From: Octopus bimaculoides
Lineage: Eukaryota
Length of the DNA: 64,000 nt
Assembly: GCF_001194135.2 (NCBI RefSeq)
Contig: NC_069003.1
Span: 31,517,191 to 31,581,190, forward strand
Direction of reading: 5' to 3'
The notes under the pieces are model-generated. The model made no database searches. It saw nothing but the letters and a program-made list of their open reading frames with translations, and was not told the DNA's origin. A program made the translations under genes and the position numbers. Within the stretch, counting starts at the first letter, position 1. The number at the start of each line of letters is the position of its first letter. Of this stretch, positions 33,705-48,897 are shown in pieces.

Positions 33705-34040
33705 AAAGAGCCTCCATGTGGTCACTCAGCCTGTTAGAAATAGCAGCAAAATCTGCCTTAGATTAGGCCTTTAAAAAGTAACACATTGGATAAATTAGTC
33801 TCAGATATATTATGCCAACATGTTGAAATTAAGGAAAGAGCCTTTATGTTGCTACTCAACCTGTTAGAAATACCAGCAAAATCTGCCTCAGATTAGACCT
33901 TTAAAAAGATAACACATTCAATAAATTTGTCCTAGATATATTATGCCAACAAATTAAAGCTACAAAAGAGCCTTTATGTAGTTACTCAACCTGTTAGAAA
34001 TAGCAGTTGAATCTGTCTTAAATTAAACCTTTAAAAGGTC
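33705..34040 (+). repeat. 130-bp tandem triplication of a dispersed repeat (GCTAGAAATAGCAG family)
   Basis: Units start at 33705, 33835 and 33965. Dispersed relatives occur at about 6290, 8360, 41420, 42430, 50150 and 53180. Confidence 0.85.
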
Positions 34041-36559
34041 AATAAGTTAAGTACCAGTGAAACACTGGGGTCAATGTAATCGACTAGTCCCCTCCCCACC
34101 AAATTTCAGGACTTGTGCCGTTAGTAGACAGGATTATTGTTTAACCTCCTAGATACAACAACCAAATTTCCCTCTAATTACACTTAGGGTCAAATTAATA
34201 GTGTCTAGATTGGATAATGTAGTCCTAAATACACAATATCTGAAATGGAAGTTGGGATGGTCATGGCTGGAATATCTTTGATCATGAATCTGATAAACTA
34301 AAGCTAAAGTTAAACAACAACAACAACTGTGTGTCTCTTTTATATATCCTAATCCTCACCCTATTAAATATCTGATTATCTCCTAAATCCATGTGAACAT
34401 CTGGATTATATTGTAAGAGCCACATTGATACCACATTGCCACTCAGATAAGTCAAACTATCCTACCTTAAGATTTTTGTTTGATTTTTGTTTTTAATATT
34501 ATTTACCTCATCTTTAGAAATTCTTTTAGATTTTTTTTCCGTTTATTCTTTTATTTGTTTTAGTCATTTGACAGCGGCCATGCTGGAGCACCGCCTTTAG
34601 TCGAAGAAATCGACCCCAGGACTTATTCTTTGTAAGCCTAGTACAAACACAGACACAAACATATACATATATATATATAAACAATATATGAGTATATGCA
34701 TATATATGTACATGTATGTACATACCTTCATCTACATGGACAAAATGATAAACAAGGTACAAAAAACAAGCAGGCCACATAGAGAACATATCCTTCATCA
34801 GCTGCCATCATTAAAACACCGGCGTTTCGAAACACACACACAATCTAGTTGTAGATTTTTGTCATCTGGTACACACAGTAATGTTACCTCATCAATACCT
34901 GGATATAATTGTCTTAAATCCTAGGACACTTATGGCTAGCTATCTGGTTTCTATGGCATACAAGCGACTGAAATCACAACAAGTGGTAGTTTCCAGTTTT
35001 CCATAGGGAAATATCACTTTGCTTAGAAACCAATGAGGGTTAGCAACAGAAAGAGCATCCAGCTGTAGGAAATCTGCTTCAAAGAATCCTATTGGATCCA
35101 TGCAAACTTGGAAAACTAGATATTAAATGATTATGATGATGGTGGTAATTTAAATGCCTTACACAAAATATTTTGTATTTTCAGTGAATAGTTGTCTTCT
35201 TTTTTTTTTTTTCTTTTTAGTTGGGGGATAAGAAAGATTTAAGAATTTTTTTTTTTTTTCCCCATTAATTTGTTGTTCTCAAATCAATCGAGAAGATCAT
35301 TGGCAACAGCTGAAGTGAGATAATGGTTTATTCAATAACAAAGCAATTAAGTAATATAGATCTTACGTCAACTAAAATACTGATTTAAAAAATAAAAAAT
35401 AAAAAATTAACAAAACAAAACAAAATAAATAGATTGCCAAAGGTAATTTACTCAGAGATGCCATCTGTATGAAAAACGTAATAGTTAAGCTAGTCTTAGC
35501 CTATTTAATATGCAGAGTATTAAATAGCTAGTTAGGCATACTTATGCGGTGAAGAAAAGATAACATTAACTAATGCTTTCTTTTCTTCACCACATAAGTA
35601 TATGTCTAATACCATAAGTATATTTCTAATGAAGGTATTTAATACTTACTAGTTTAATTGCTTACATTAACGTAACTACTGATTTCAGGCTTCGGCACAA
35701 AGCCAAACAATTCATAAGAGAAGATCTGAGATAAATCTATCGTTTCAATCTTCTCTAATACACCACTGTGTTTTTATTTACAAAGGTTTCTTCCAACTCT
35801 TTACATTCTAAGTTCAAATCCTGCCAAGGACAACTTTCCCTTGCATCCTTTCAGGGTCAATAAGATAAAATAAGAACTAGTTGGACACAGGGGTCGATGT
35901 AATCGACATGAACCGTCCCATCAAATTGCTGGCCTTTTGCCAAAATTTGCCAAAGGATTTCGAAAGGTTAAAAAGCAATGTTGGTCCCAGCAGATTTTGA
36001 ACTCAAATTAACAACATTAAATCTTATAAGGTGGTTCTGTCATCCAACCTTTAAACCTTTTTGTTACCATATTCCTGCTGAAATACACTGCCTTTGAAAC
36101 AAAGAATAATATGACTATTAAAAAAAAAAACTCAAAGGTCCTTCTTGATAGGCATATAACCCAGTTTCTGGGATTCCATAGCCTATATATCCCACCCACC
36201 CACCCTNNNNNNNNNNNNNNNNNNNNNNNNNNNNNNNNNNNNNNNNNNNNNNNNNNNNNNNNNNNNNNNNNNNNNNNNNNNNNNNNNNNNNNNNNNNNNN
36301 NNNNNNNNNNNNNNNNNNNNNNNNNNNNNNNNNNNNNCAGACTAGAGCAATGTGAAATGAAGTGTTTTGCTCGAGAACATAATGCATTGCCTAGTCCAGC
36401 AATTGAAACCACAATCTCACAATCATGAGTGCAATGCCATAACCACTAAACCATGCACCTTCTCAATACAAGTTACAATCAATTTGATCTTTGATCTGCT
36501 ATAGGTGTCATATTTGTGGACACCAGCAAAGTGGCCAATGCCGATGCCAGTGTTGCACA

Positions 36560-36905
36560 ACTAGTACCCATGCCGGTGAGACATAAAAAGAACCTTTCGA
36601 GGTTTGGATCTCATGGAGGCAGCAACTAATGACCAAGACCTTCGACAGCATGCTGTGCTTGAGAAGAAGACCCATCAAGCCATGTGACAGATACTGGTGT
36701 CGTGCAAATGGTATCCATGCCATTGGCCTGTAAAAGCACCCATAACACTCTGTGGAGTGGTTGGCATTAGGAAGGACATCCAGCCATAGAAACCATACCA
36801 AATCAAATTGGAGTCTGGTGCAGCCCTTCAGCTTACCAGCCCTAGTAAAACTGTCCAACCCATGCCAGCATGGACAACAGATGCTAATGATGATGATGAT
36901 GATGA
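36560..36905 (+). mobile_element. Retroposon family E with (GAT)n tail (others 19585-19690, 31750-32110, 22660-22890 -, 39200-39350 -)
   Basis: Shared GTGGTTGGCATTAGGAAGGGCATCCAGC..CCAACCCATGCCAGCATGG..ATGATGAT. Confidence 0.75.
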
Positions 36906-37959
36906 GACAGGATTTGATCCAGCAATTTATTTCTAAAAGGCAATAAAGCTTCTTATCCTCTAGATTACATACACACAGATAAACTGCACATTGTTTGTCA
37001 GTGATAAAATAATGTTTGATTCAACATCGCTGGAATTACTTTAGAACTTCCCAATGCTTCTATGTGCACAGACATATCCATTTATGTATATACATTTGCA
37101 TGAAGTTGTGTAGTTATTAACAGAATGTCAGCTTCGTAAAAGACAAATGAGAAAAAAGGTTAACTCTGGAGCGAGCAGAAGAGACATTAAGTTAATCATA
37201 TTAAAATGTGAAGCTTACTGATATTCATTGTCTGCTGCTACTTTTGATGTAGAGTTTAAGGTCAGCTGTTGTAGAAACATCCTATTTGTTTCTATGGTAT
37301 TTAGCAACAGTCCTTAACATTCTGATTTCAAACCCCACCAAAGTCAACTTGAAATAATTCTTCCAGGGTCGATAAAATTAAGTAATAGTCAATTACTGGT
37401 GATGATGATAATGATGATGATACTAGGCTCTTCTCCCCAAAACTGCTGGCTCTGTGCCTGGATCGATAAAATAAAGTACCAGCCTGTTTATTTAATTAAC
37501 CTCTCTCGCCAAATGAGAATCGTTCTAGCATCAAACTAAATGCCTTATAGTATTTGTTCAAGCTCTTTACATTCTCAGATCAAATCCTGCCAACTATGTC
37601 TTTCATTCTTTCAGGGTGGATAAAATGAAGTCAAGTCAAATGCTGGGCTTGATGTAATTGACTTGTTGCTTTTCTCACAACTGCTGGTTTTGTGCCCAAG
37701 TTAGTAACCATTGTTGTTGTTGTTGTTGTTATTATGTAAGGTGGTGAACTGGCAGAATCATTAGCACACTGGGCTAAATACTTACTGGCATTTCTTCTGT
37801 CCTTATGTTCTGAGTTCAAATTCCACCAAGGTCAACTTTACCTTCCATCTTTTCTAGGTCAATAAAATAAGTACCAGTTGAGCACTGGGGTTGATGTAAT
37901 CATCTATCTCCCTCCCCCAAATTTCATACCTTGTACCTATCATAGAAAGGATTATTATG

Positions 37960-38000
<41 letters not shown>

Positions 38001-39120
38001 TAGTGCATCAGCATGGCCGCAGCTCTGAGCTGAAACTACAGCAAAAAAAAGAAAAAATTATTTTATATATATATATATATATATATTTGTGTGTGTCTGT
38101 GTTTGTCCCTCCACCATTGCTTGACAACCGATGTTGGTGTGTTTAGGTCCCTGTAACTTAGCAGTTCAGCAAAAGAGACTGATAGAATAAGTACTAGGCT
38201 TACAAAGAATAAGTCCTGCAGTTGATTTGCTCTACTAAAAGCAGTGCCCCGGCATGGCCGCAGTCAAATGACTGAATGAAGTAAACCCATGCTAGCATGG
38301 AAAGCGGATGTTAAACGATATATATATATATATATATANNNNNNNNNNNNNNNNNNNNNNNNNNNNNNNNNNNNNNNNNNNNNNNNNNNNNNNNNNNNNN
38401 NNNNNNNNNNNNNNNNNNNNNNNNNNNNNNNNNNNNNNNNNNNNNNNNNNNNNNNNNNNNNNNNNNNNNNNNNNNNNNNNNNNNNNNNNNNNNNNNNNNN
38501 NNNNNNNNNNNNNNNNNNNNNNNNNNNNNNNNNNNNNNNNNNNNNNNNNNNNNNNNNNNNNNNNNNNNNNNNNNNNNNNNNNNNNNNNNNNNNNNNNNNN
38601 NNNNNNNNNNNNNNNNNNNNNNNNNNNNNNNNNNNNNNTTTACAGTCCAGTGACTCAAACAGGTAACAAAAGATAAAAAGAAGAATCACAAGGTGAACTT
38701 GTTGAAAGAAAAAGAACAGCAAAAGGTGTGTATATTCTGACAAACATCTTTGAAAGAAGAATGGAAGGTACAATAGCAAGGCCTGTATCTACGTTTTATT
38801 GGTCATATAAAACATTGAATACAATAAGCAATGGGAAAAAATCATTGAAATGTTAGAAGGTATCAGACCAGGGAGGAAGAAAGGACTAATATAGATCACT
38901 ATAAACAGTAATCAGAAAAAAATGTAAGTGAAATAGGACGGTACGAGAATGGCTTGCTCGTGTGTTGACAAATGTATTTTCTCAACTGCTGTTAATTAAT
39001 TATATTGATTGTTATTACATATGTTTCGTTAGGGAAGATTTTTCTTTTAAATTGAAATTAACTATATAAATAGAAATCTGTACATGTATGTCTGTATCTG
39101 TTGTGTGTGTGTGTGGATAA

Positions 39121-39158
<38 letters not shown>

Positions 39159-39788
39159 GGAGAGAAAGAGAAAGCGTATGTGAGAATATATATATAATCA
39201 TCATCATCGTTTAATGTCCATCTTCCATGCTGGTATATGCTGGATAGTTTGATAATAAGTTGGCAAGTCAGAGGACTGCGCCACGCTCCACTGACTACTA
39301 CTTTGGCATGGTTTTTACAGCAGGATGCCCTTCCTAACACCAGCCACTTTACAGATATATATATATATATAGGTGCAGGTGTGGCTCTGTGGTAAGAAGT
39401 TTGCTTCCCAACCATATGGTTCCGGGTTCAGTCCCACTGTGTGGCACCTTGGGCAAGTGTCTTCTCCTATAGCCTTGGGCCGACCAAAGCCTTGTGAGTG
39501 GATCTGGTAGACAGAAACTGAAAGAAGCCCATTGTATGTATATATATATATATGTACATTTATGTGTATGTGTGTATGTATTTGTGTGTCTGTCTGTGTT
39601 TGTCCACCATCGCCTGTCAACTGATGTTGGTGTGTTTACATCCCCATAATTTAGCAGTTCAGCAAAAGTGACCGATAGAGTAAGTACTGCACTTACAAAA
39701 GAATAAGTCCTGGGGTCGATTTGTTCGACTAAAGGCGGTGTTCCAGCATGGCCGCAGTCAAATGACTGAAACAAGTAAAAGACTAAAA

Positions 39789-39828
<40 letters not shown>

Positions 39829-41889
39829 NNNNNNNNNNNNNNNNNNNNNNNNNNNNNNNNNNNNNNNNNNNNNNNNNNNNNNNNNNNNNNNNNNNNNNNN
39901 NNNNNNNNNNNNNNNNNNNNNNNNNNNNNNNNNNNNNNNNNNNNNNNNNNNNNNNNNNNNNNNNNNNNNNNNNNNNNNNNNNNNNNNNNNNNNNNNNNNN
40001 NNNNNNNNNNNNNNNNNNNNNNNNATATATATATATATATATAGTAACAAGTGTAATTAAGATATATATAACTCTGGTGTTTAACATGCGAATCACTTCT
40101 TCAGGTATTCACCATTTCAGGAAACAGATATTCACTAAACTGTAAAGTGAGGAGCTTTTTCATGCCACCACTCTAGCTGAAAATCCACAAACTATTCACA
40201 GAGTATGTATAATATATACACACACACATATCCATTTAGTATTAACTGTTGGAAGAAAAAAATACTCAATAACAAAGTAGACATTAATAATATAGTTTAT
40301 TTTGGCTGAGTCAGTCTCTTGCTACTCTGAGTTTCACCTGTGGGTGCATGGGATATGCTTGAAGATCCTGTACACTTGCAGGTGAAACACAAAACTGCAA
40401 GAGAATGACTCCACGAAAATATGTGTGTATACACACATGCAAACATATGATTTAACTAATTCAGTTTGTTAACAGAGAAGAAGGAAAATCTGGGTCGAAC
40501 AGCAGTAATGTTAATTACTTAACTCTATTAAAGAGATTAATTAGTGATGAGTAAGAGTATTGTAAATAGGTTAATAAAATGTTCACCACACAATGTCCAT
40601 CCATAGATGTGCTACGTTAACTTTTGTTGACCCAGTTCACCTATCTACAAAACAAGTTGTTTGTTCAGCTCTAGGTCAACCTTGGCAGAAAAAAAAAAAA
40701 TCTATAATCAGAGGGCTTACCAGCCACGACCAAACTGTTTTTTTCTTTAGGGATTTCTGGAATTACATTATCTAGCATGTCTTTTGTTTGAAAGAGTAAA
40801 GTGTGATTCGAGGGAGAATTAGCTGTTATTTCTAGCAGGCTGAGTAGAGGTTCCCTCGTTTATAAATAGATTTATAGAGATTATTGTGTTTTAGCCCCAG
40901 GCAGTTTTAACAAAACAAGTTTATGATAAAAAATATTCCAGTTATGACCATCCTGTTATACTTTTCAGACTGTCTTAGATCACATTATTGAGTGTGTGGG
41001 AGAGAGAGAGAGAGTGTGTGTTTTTAAGACAGTAGAGCATGAATTAAAGGACATTTAGCTATTGTCTCTAGGAGATCAAATGATCGTGTATAGGTACCAT
41101 GATTAGGCACTGCTCATTGTTGTATTTTGTAGATATTGCAGTGCTGAGTTCAAATCCTACTGAAGTACAGCTCCCTGAAGCCAGCAATGCCAATCAGCTA
41201 TCAATCGATATTTTTATTTTAAGAAATGCTAATCTATCAATTATAATCAATAAATTATTAATGGTAATTATCACTGGATAAATCGATAAATAGTTTCTGA
41301 TGATTCAGCTAGATGTTTGCTGTGTGGAGTTTAAATGATACAGAAGTCCTGAAGTAGGCCACAGGAAACTATTCTGAGGACAAAACCAAGGTAAATAAGA
41401 GAAGTTCTTTGGGGTTGTGCATATTGTTAGAAATAGTAGCCAAATCTCCCTTAAATTTACATTCCACTATTTTGTTAAAAAAGATAAAAAGACACAAATT
41501 AGATGACATAGTCCTAGATGAGTATTGGCAAAACCACTCCATGGGTGTAATGGGTGCTGTTTATGTGCCACCAGCATCGGCCATGATTGTGATTTCACTT
41601 GGCTTGATGGGTCTTCTCATGCATGGCATATTACCAAAGGTCTCAGTCACTTACCATTGCCTCTGTGAGGCCCACTGTTCAAATGGTACTTTTTACATGC
41701 CACTGGCATGGGTCCCAGTTAAGCGGCACCAGAAATTCAATATGACACAGGTACTACTCATTTTTGCAGCAAAGTGTCTCGCTTAAGAACACAATGCGCT
41801 GCCAGGAATCGAACTCATGACCTAATGATCGTGAGCCAAATACCTCTAACCATTAAGCCACACACCTAAGTGAAGTTAACAGATTTTAT

Positions 41890-42205
41890 GTTTCTGAATG
41901 GCTAATATATATCTTCCATGCTACTATCATTTTAGTTTCAACACACGGTTTTAGGTTAAACAACTTGCCTGGCAAGTACAGCTCTGAAAACCTTATCTAT
42001 AAACATTCACCTAAATTATTAAAGAAATTCCAATTCTGATACCAAATAATAGATGTTTTAAGTGAAGTCAACAGTCAATGTGTGTTTCTGAATGGCTAAC
42101 AGGCATCTTCCATACTGCAATCGTTTTAGCTTCAACACATGGTCTCAGATCAAATTAGTTGCCTGGCACATACACCTCCAAAAAAACCTATCTGTAAACA
42201 TTTAC
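41890..42205 (+). repeat. Diverged tandem duplication, ~193-bp period
   Basis: TGTTTCTGAATGGCTAA..ATCTTCCAT..TTCAACAC..TGCCTGGCA..TAAACATT appears twice. Confidence 0.75.
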
Positions 42206-42771
42206 CGCTACCCTAACCACTGGGCCATTGCGCCTCCACTCTATTGAGAGTACAATAACATTAAAGTACACATGGATCTGACTTATGACTGAGCTGAACA
42301 AGCTGAAACAAGGCACAGATAAAAACAAACAAAACAAAGAAAAAAAAAACAGCTATATAGTTTTCACACTGAATTCCAACCAACCAACCAATCACCATGA
42401 GCTAATGAGCGAGCATTTACATAATTGCTCAAGCTGCTAGAAATAGCAGTGGACTCCTAAATAGTTAAAAAGAAAGATGTGCCGGTTATGGTTGAATGCC
42501 TTTGACTATATGTGTATGTGTTCAGCAACCAAGAAGTGTACTACCTTTTTTATTTTATCTTTTATCTTTTTACTTGTTTTAGTCATTCGACTGCGGCCAC
42601 GCTGGGGCATTGACTCGAAGAATTTTTAGTCAAATGAATTGACCACAGCACTAATTTTTTTTTTAAGCCTTGTACTTATTCAGTCAGCCTCTTTTGCCAA
42701 ACCACTAGGTTACGGGATGTAAACACACCAACACCAGTTGTCAAGCAGTGGTGGGGGACAAACACAAAGGT

Positions 42772-42807
<36 letters not shown>

Positions 42808-44068
42808 TAGGCTCTTTTTAATTTCTATCTACGAAATCTGCTCATGAGGTTTTGGTCAGCCTGAGGTTATAGAAGAAGACACTTGCCTACGATCCCACAC
42901 AGAGGGACTGAACTTGGACCGGAACCATGTGGTTTAGGAAGCAAGCCATGCCTGAACTCTGTGTGTGTGTGTGTGTATTGAGGAAAGATGCAAGAGAACA
43001 CATGTACATTTCTGTGGATGTTTGACATAGTGAACAGCTGATACAAAATCATTTCAGATGTCAGTGATCTATCAATATTGATTTTCTTACTTTTGAAAGT
43101 TCACAGGTATTTACAGTATATACTGTTTTTGTCTGTGTATATGTGAGTGTGTAATTATACATGCATAAGTGCACACACACACAATAAATATGAAATAAAA
43201 ATTAGCTACCTTATGTACTTAATCTAATCATTTATTAGGCTTATTTAGCAAGTCTGGCATTTCCAAAAAAAAAAAATAGATAATAATAATAATTTTTAAT
43301 CCCCTATTTTGCATTAGCCTTTTTCCCAATCTACATTTTTTTTTATAGAGGATAGAAATTGCATCAGACCAAGCCTTTCTGCAATACTTGAGACACAAGA
43401 AGTAACTTTAAAAAATAATGAAGCAATATGATTTTACCACAAACCACTTAACTTTCATCGATTTCATCAGCCAAATATATTATTCATATATACAAAATAA
43501 TTGACATCGTTGCTATGTCATAAATTTTTAGTTATTCATTAATGTAGCCAACTTATAATTTTATAATTACCATTAAATGGTAATTTAATAACATTTCCAA
43601 TAGAAACACTGTCTTTATATCAACACAGTTTGAAAACCACCAAACTCAGAGATAGTTAGACATAAACATCCACATACATATATATACCTAAACATACACA
43701 CACACACATATATATATCCTATTTTTACTGCCACTTTTTCCCTGTACACTTTCTCGTTCTGCCAATGGTAGCCCCAACTACTTTTTTTTTGTCTCCCATT
43801 ATTTCCTACCCCATGTACCTTTGACTTTGTCTCTAGCACTGTGTATCTCCCAGACCACATGTATTCCACATCACTTGTGTTACCTTCTACTACATCCACT
43901 ACCCCCACAATCTGATATTCATCATTGACCATGCTACCACCCATGTTTACCATTCGTTTCATTCACATCTCTCCATCTACAACTTACCTTTCACAAACTA
44001 ACCAACCCATTTATCTTGTCCAATCCTTATAAAGCTATCACTGGACGTATAAGAATAATAAATACGTA

Positions 44069-44117
<49 letters not shown>

Positions 44118-45069
44118 GTATGTATGCATGCACACCCACACACATGTATAGTTTGAAAGTAACTTGTAACTTCAAATTTGACATTAATCTTGCAATGAAA
44201 TTTGAGGAAAGAGACAGGAACTTCTTAAAATGAATATTGAGATAAATAAAACAAGAAAGCACTAGATTGGATAAGTGTGGAAAGAAAAACAAGTTAATGA
44301 ATAATGTGATTGAATGCATATGCAAAGATGAAATTAACTAATTAAAACCAAATGGATAAAAACATATAAATAATGACATAATTAAATCATATTAATCACA
44401 GGTGTGTGTGTGTTAATATATATACTGTAATGCTTCGATATACGAGTTAATTTGTTTCTGGAGACCACTCTTAAAGCTGAGCAACAATTTCCCATAGTAG
44501 CAATGTTATAAATTGTAATTCATTCCCAGAAAAATATTTTACCTATAAAATTTATGATACTCGTAAATAAATGGCACATTCCTTTGTTAACGCGCCTAAG
44601 TGTGTTACCTTTACACCAACGAATCAGCCTCCCCATTTCTGTCAAATTTAAGAAGTATTATAGTGCGTGCTTGTTTTTATGTAAACAAACTTCCTATATA
44701 CTTTCAGTGCAAATGTTTTTTTTTTATACAGTGCCGAGTTTACTATCATGTAAATAATAATAATAATGGTATTTTTATAGAAGCTTAAAGCTTATGGCGA
44801 TCACCGTGCAATGACTAAAGTAAATAGTCTAATAAAGGGGCATATAAACCCTCAACAGAATTATATACATATATATATATATGTATATATGTATATGTAT
44901 CAAAACAGATGGCTGGAAAAATTTGATACATTTTGGGAATTAAACCAAATAAACCAAATTTTTCCAGTCTTCTGTTTGGTCATGTAATTGCTCTGCAAAT
45001 AGAATTCACCAAAATTTCCATTTAACTCATATATCGGGGCATTACTGTATATATATATTAATACACACA

Positions 45070-45107
<38 letters not shown>

Positions 45108-45682
45108 TGTACACATATATCGTTTAAGATAAACCATCTATGTACATAGATTAATAGATTGCTGTGAACATACACTTGTGCCTCACAAGGACACAGCTTA
45201 GATACACAAATACAGCCCTTTATACAAATACACACACACACACACATGTATGTATGTATGCATATGTGTATGTGAATTTAGCTCTTTTATTATTGTTACA
45301 GTCAGCTTGAGGCTTAAGTTATTGGTGCATGAAAAAAAACTGTGATAAGTGTGCAAAGGAGAAACATATGGAAGAGGTAACATTTCAAAATAAAACTCCC
45401 TGCAGACTGCGATGGTCAATAAAACAGAAACAGAATTTAAAACTTTATTCTTTCTGTGTGACTTGGTACCAAATGATCCATAGCCCAAAACAGATCAGTG
45501 GTCCGGTAGTTGGGGACCTCTGTTGTATAGGACCCCCAAAATTAGTGGGAGAGAAGAAAGGACCCAAATACACACAAATGACTTGTCTAAATGCTTGTAA
45601 TAGAACGGATCAATTACAGGTACACAAGGCCCAGCTAGGAGTGTTAAACATGATGGTGGAGAATGTCTAGAAATTCAAGTTG

Positions 45683-46070
45683 TTGTTGTTGGCACTCCGT
45701 CGCTTACGACACTGAGGGTTCCAGTTGATCTGAACAACGAAACAGCCTGCTCGTGAAATTAATATGCAAGTGGCTGAGCACTCCACAGACACGTGTACCC
45801 TTAACGTAGTTCTCTGGGATATTCAGCGTGACACAGAGTGTGACAAGGCTGACCCTTTGGAATTACAGGCACAACAGAAACAGGAAGTAAGAGTGAGAGA
45901 AAGTTGTGGTGAAAGAGTACAACAGGGTTCGCCACTATCCCCTGCCGGAGCCTTGTGGAGCTTTTAGGTGTTTTCGCTCAATAAACACTCACAACACCCG
46001 GTCTGGGAATCGAAACTGCGATCCTATGACTGCGAGTCCGCTGCCCTAACCACTGGGCCATTGTGCCTCC
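45683..46070 (-). mobile_element. tRNA-derived SINE family C, full length with (AAC)n tail and 7-bp TSD
   Basis: Head GGAGGCACAATGGCCCAGTGG..TTTCGATTCCC. TSD CAAGTTG at 45676-45682 and 46072-46078. A decayed copy lies at 12445-12725. Confidence 0.88.
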
Positions 46071-46761
46071 ACAAGTTGAGCTGTAACATGCAGGCTAAAG
46101 ACAATAATATGATATTGATAGGATATCAGCTGAGTTGATATAAGGAAATAATATTTAGAACAGGTATAATAAGGGTTTCAAATTTTGACACAAGGCCAGT
46201 AATTTCAGGGAAGTGGGTAAGTCAATTATATTGACCCTAGAGCTTAACTGGTACTTATTTTATCAACCCCCAAAAGGAGGAAAGGCAAAGATGACATCCG
46301 TGGAATTTGAGCTTTGATCATAAAAAATAGATAAAACGTTGCTAAGTATTTTGTCTGACGGGCTAACGGTTCTGTCAGTTTACCACCTTTAGTACAGGTA
46401 TAATACTAAATAATGGAAAATAGAAGAGGACTTATTTTATCGACCCCAAAAGGATGAAAGGTAAAGTCAACCTCGGAGGAATTTGAGCGCAGACCATAAA
46501 AACAGATGGAATGCTGCTAAGCACTTTGTCCGGCAGGCTAACGGTTTTTCCAGCTTGCCGTCTTTACTACAGGTGTGATACCAAATAACGGGAAATAACA
46601 GAGGTCGTATGCACACAATTGACCTTCTTTCGGTTGAGTTCAACTGTGAAGTAGAGATTTCCTTCAGAAGTTGCTAGGATTGGCGACCAGAGTAAATTAA
46701 CTTTTCTCTGACCTTAAATGGTCATGATGAACAACTATCCTGGTAACTGAGATTAAGTATA

Positions 46762-46886
<125 letters not shown>

Positions 46887-47054
46887 GATTTGGTGAAAAA
46901 TGTGGATGACCCATGTCAGCAAATGGTAAGTACAGAAAGCTCACAAACTGGAATTAGAATATGGAGAATAAATTAATCACAAAAATTCCCCACTTGAAAT
47001 TCCTCACTTATTTTGGGAAAGGGAAATTAACTTGTATCACTTTGTGAATGTTTT

Positions 47055-47113
<59 letters not shown>

Positions 47114-47559
47114 GAGGTTTCTACACAATTTTCAGGATACAGTAATGGTTAAGTTTGTTGTGAATGGAAGAGATAATAGCTCTCTGAACTTTCTCCAGCC
47201 AATTCGTATTTTAGCAACTATGCTTTCAGAGCATCCTTCCCCCCTGCCAGTTAGGTCAGCAAAGTAACAGAAATTATCTACTATTCAGTTTAGCATGTTA
47301 GAGGTAACCAATACTTTTATACATAATCAATTTTACATTGAATATCTAACCTAAGATGGCAAGTAACTGTCTTCCTGCGTGAACAACCAGGTCTATCATG
47401 TTTAACAAGCTTGTTTGTGATGAGCACCTTCAATTGTTAAGAGAACTGTTTGTTCTCTCCAAGTGTTATAGGTTGTTGGTTTTGGGCCTCATTTTTGCAG
47501 CAATGTATAGGTTTTCTTGAGCACAGCAAACCATCAATTTTCATGGAATACTTTTTGAA

Positions 47560-48290
47560 AACCTTCCTCAACTATGACCTTTTGTTTAAAAAGACCAGTA
47601 ACTTCTTCCCTACATTAGAATTAACATCTAAAGCATGCAGGCAAGAAATTCCTGGTTTTTTTAGATAAACATTTCTAAGATAGTCATACAAGTTACCTCA
47701 ATCATTATGTAAGATTTTGCAACATGGTGTTAGAAGAACTGTGCAGTTTTTATGATAGCTGACGAATTTGAGAAACATTCTTGCCTTCAAATTTTGCATG
47801 GAAAACCTACTATCAAAACCTGTAAAACGCTTCTTCAGGCTTTTAGTGAACATTAAAATAAATCTTTAAGTTATTCATAAGTTTTTGAGTGGCATGTTCT
47901 TTTCAAGGCTAGTAGAGTGTTGGTTCAAGAAGATGAACATTCACAGTGACCGATCACAAGCAAAAGTGTGTGTGGGGGGATTTGTGAACTCGGCCATGGG
48001 GGACTATCGTCGAATAATTCTCCACGATGAGAATAAAGTTAACTCGTTGAACGAGTTTGACCATCATTGACAATTAGAAAATATGTCAGCAATGGCCGTG
48101 CGAAATTTGAGAACAGCTTGCACAATCTGCCTCAGCAACGTTAAGAGGTTTTATAACAATGTAACCTTCACCTAGAGACATACTTTAACGAAAGTTAAAG
48201 AGTGTTTTCACTCCCTGTGGACATAGTGTGCCGGACAACAGCTCGGAATTTCGAAGACTCTGCACTGTTCTTTATATATATTAACATATT
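47560..48290 (+). pseudogene. Decayed Tc1/mariner transposase (N-terminal HTH region)
   Basis: KFC..GKPTIKTCKTLLQAFSEH*..VFEWHVLFKASRVLVQEDEHSQ*PITSKS resembles mariner KFCFKLGKTATET..QAFG..VFEWHARFKAGR..EDE.RSGRP. Stops and frameshifts are present. Confidence 0.75.
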
Positions 48291-48860
48291 TGTGTTTTTG
48301 AAGACAAACATATATACATACGCATAAACGTATGTGCAAAGACACAGGCGTATATATGTGCAAACATATATACGTATATTTCAGTTGTCATTTCTTCTGC
48401 TGAACTTGTCAATAACTAACTTACTCCGGGATCGATAAAATATAAACCTGTGAATACAGTGGTTTCGATATTTTTAGCGATTAGAAACGTTAGTCTTGCG
48501 TCAAAACCAAACCAACAATTGTGGTTGCTACCCACCCGACTGAGACAGTGACAACTATTAGGTTCTTTGTAGTAACATCGTCGAATTAAACTGGAGATAG
48601 AGTAATCTAATACACAGCGGGTCATTCACATTCGCTACATTTCTATTTATTAACAAACAGTCAGCTAAATACTATGTAGTTAGGCGCTTGGGGATGGTGA
48701 ACACCTATTTCACCCACCTATTTAATGAGTTAGGTGAGTCGGATGTCCTCAAGCACGTGAAAAGTTAAAGTTATCGAACCGTTCTTTGGACCAGGCATAG
48801 AAGATGCACATCGTCGGACTCCTGATTTTAACGTACGTTGACAAACCAACAGATACAGAG

Positions 48861-48897
<37 letters not shown>

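Noticed and set aside
34785-34835. Minus-strand GAAACGCC...CTGATGAAGGA as a type II hammerhead
   Set aside because: Stem I cannot form and there is no valid NUH. At most it is a PLE-derived remnant.
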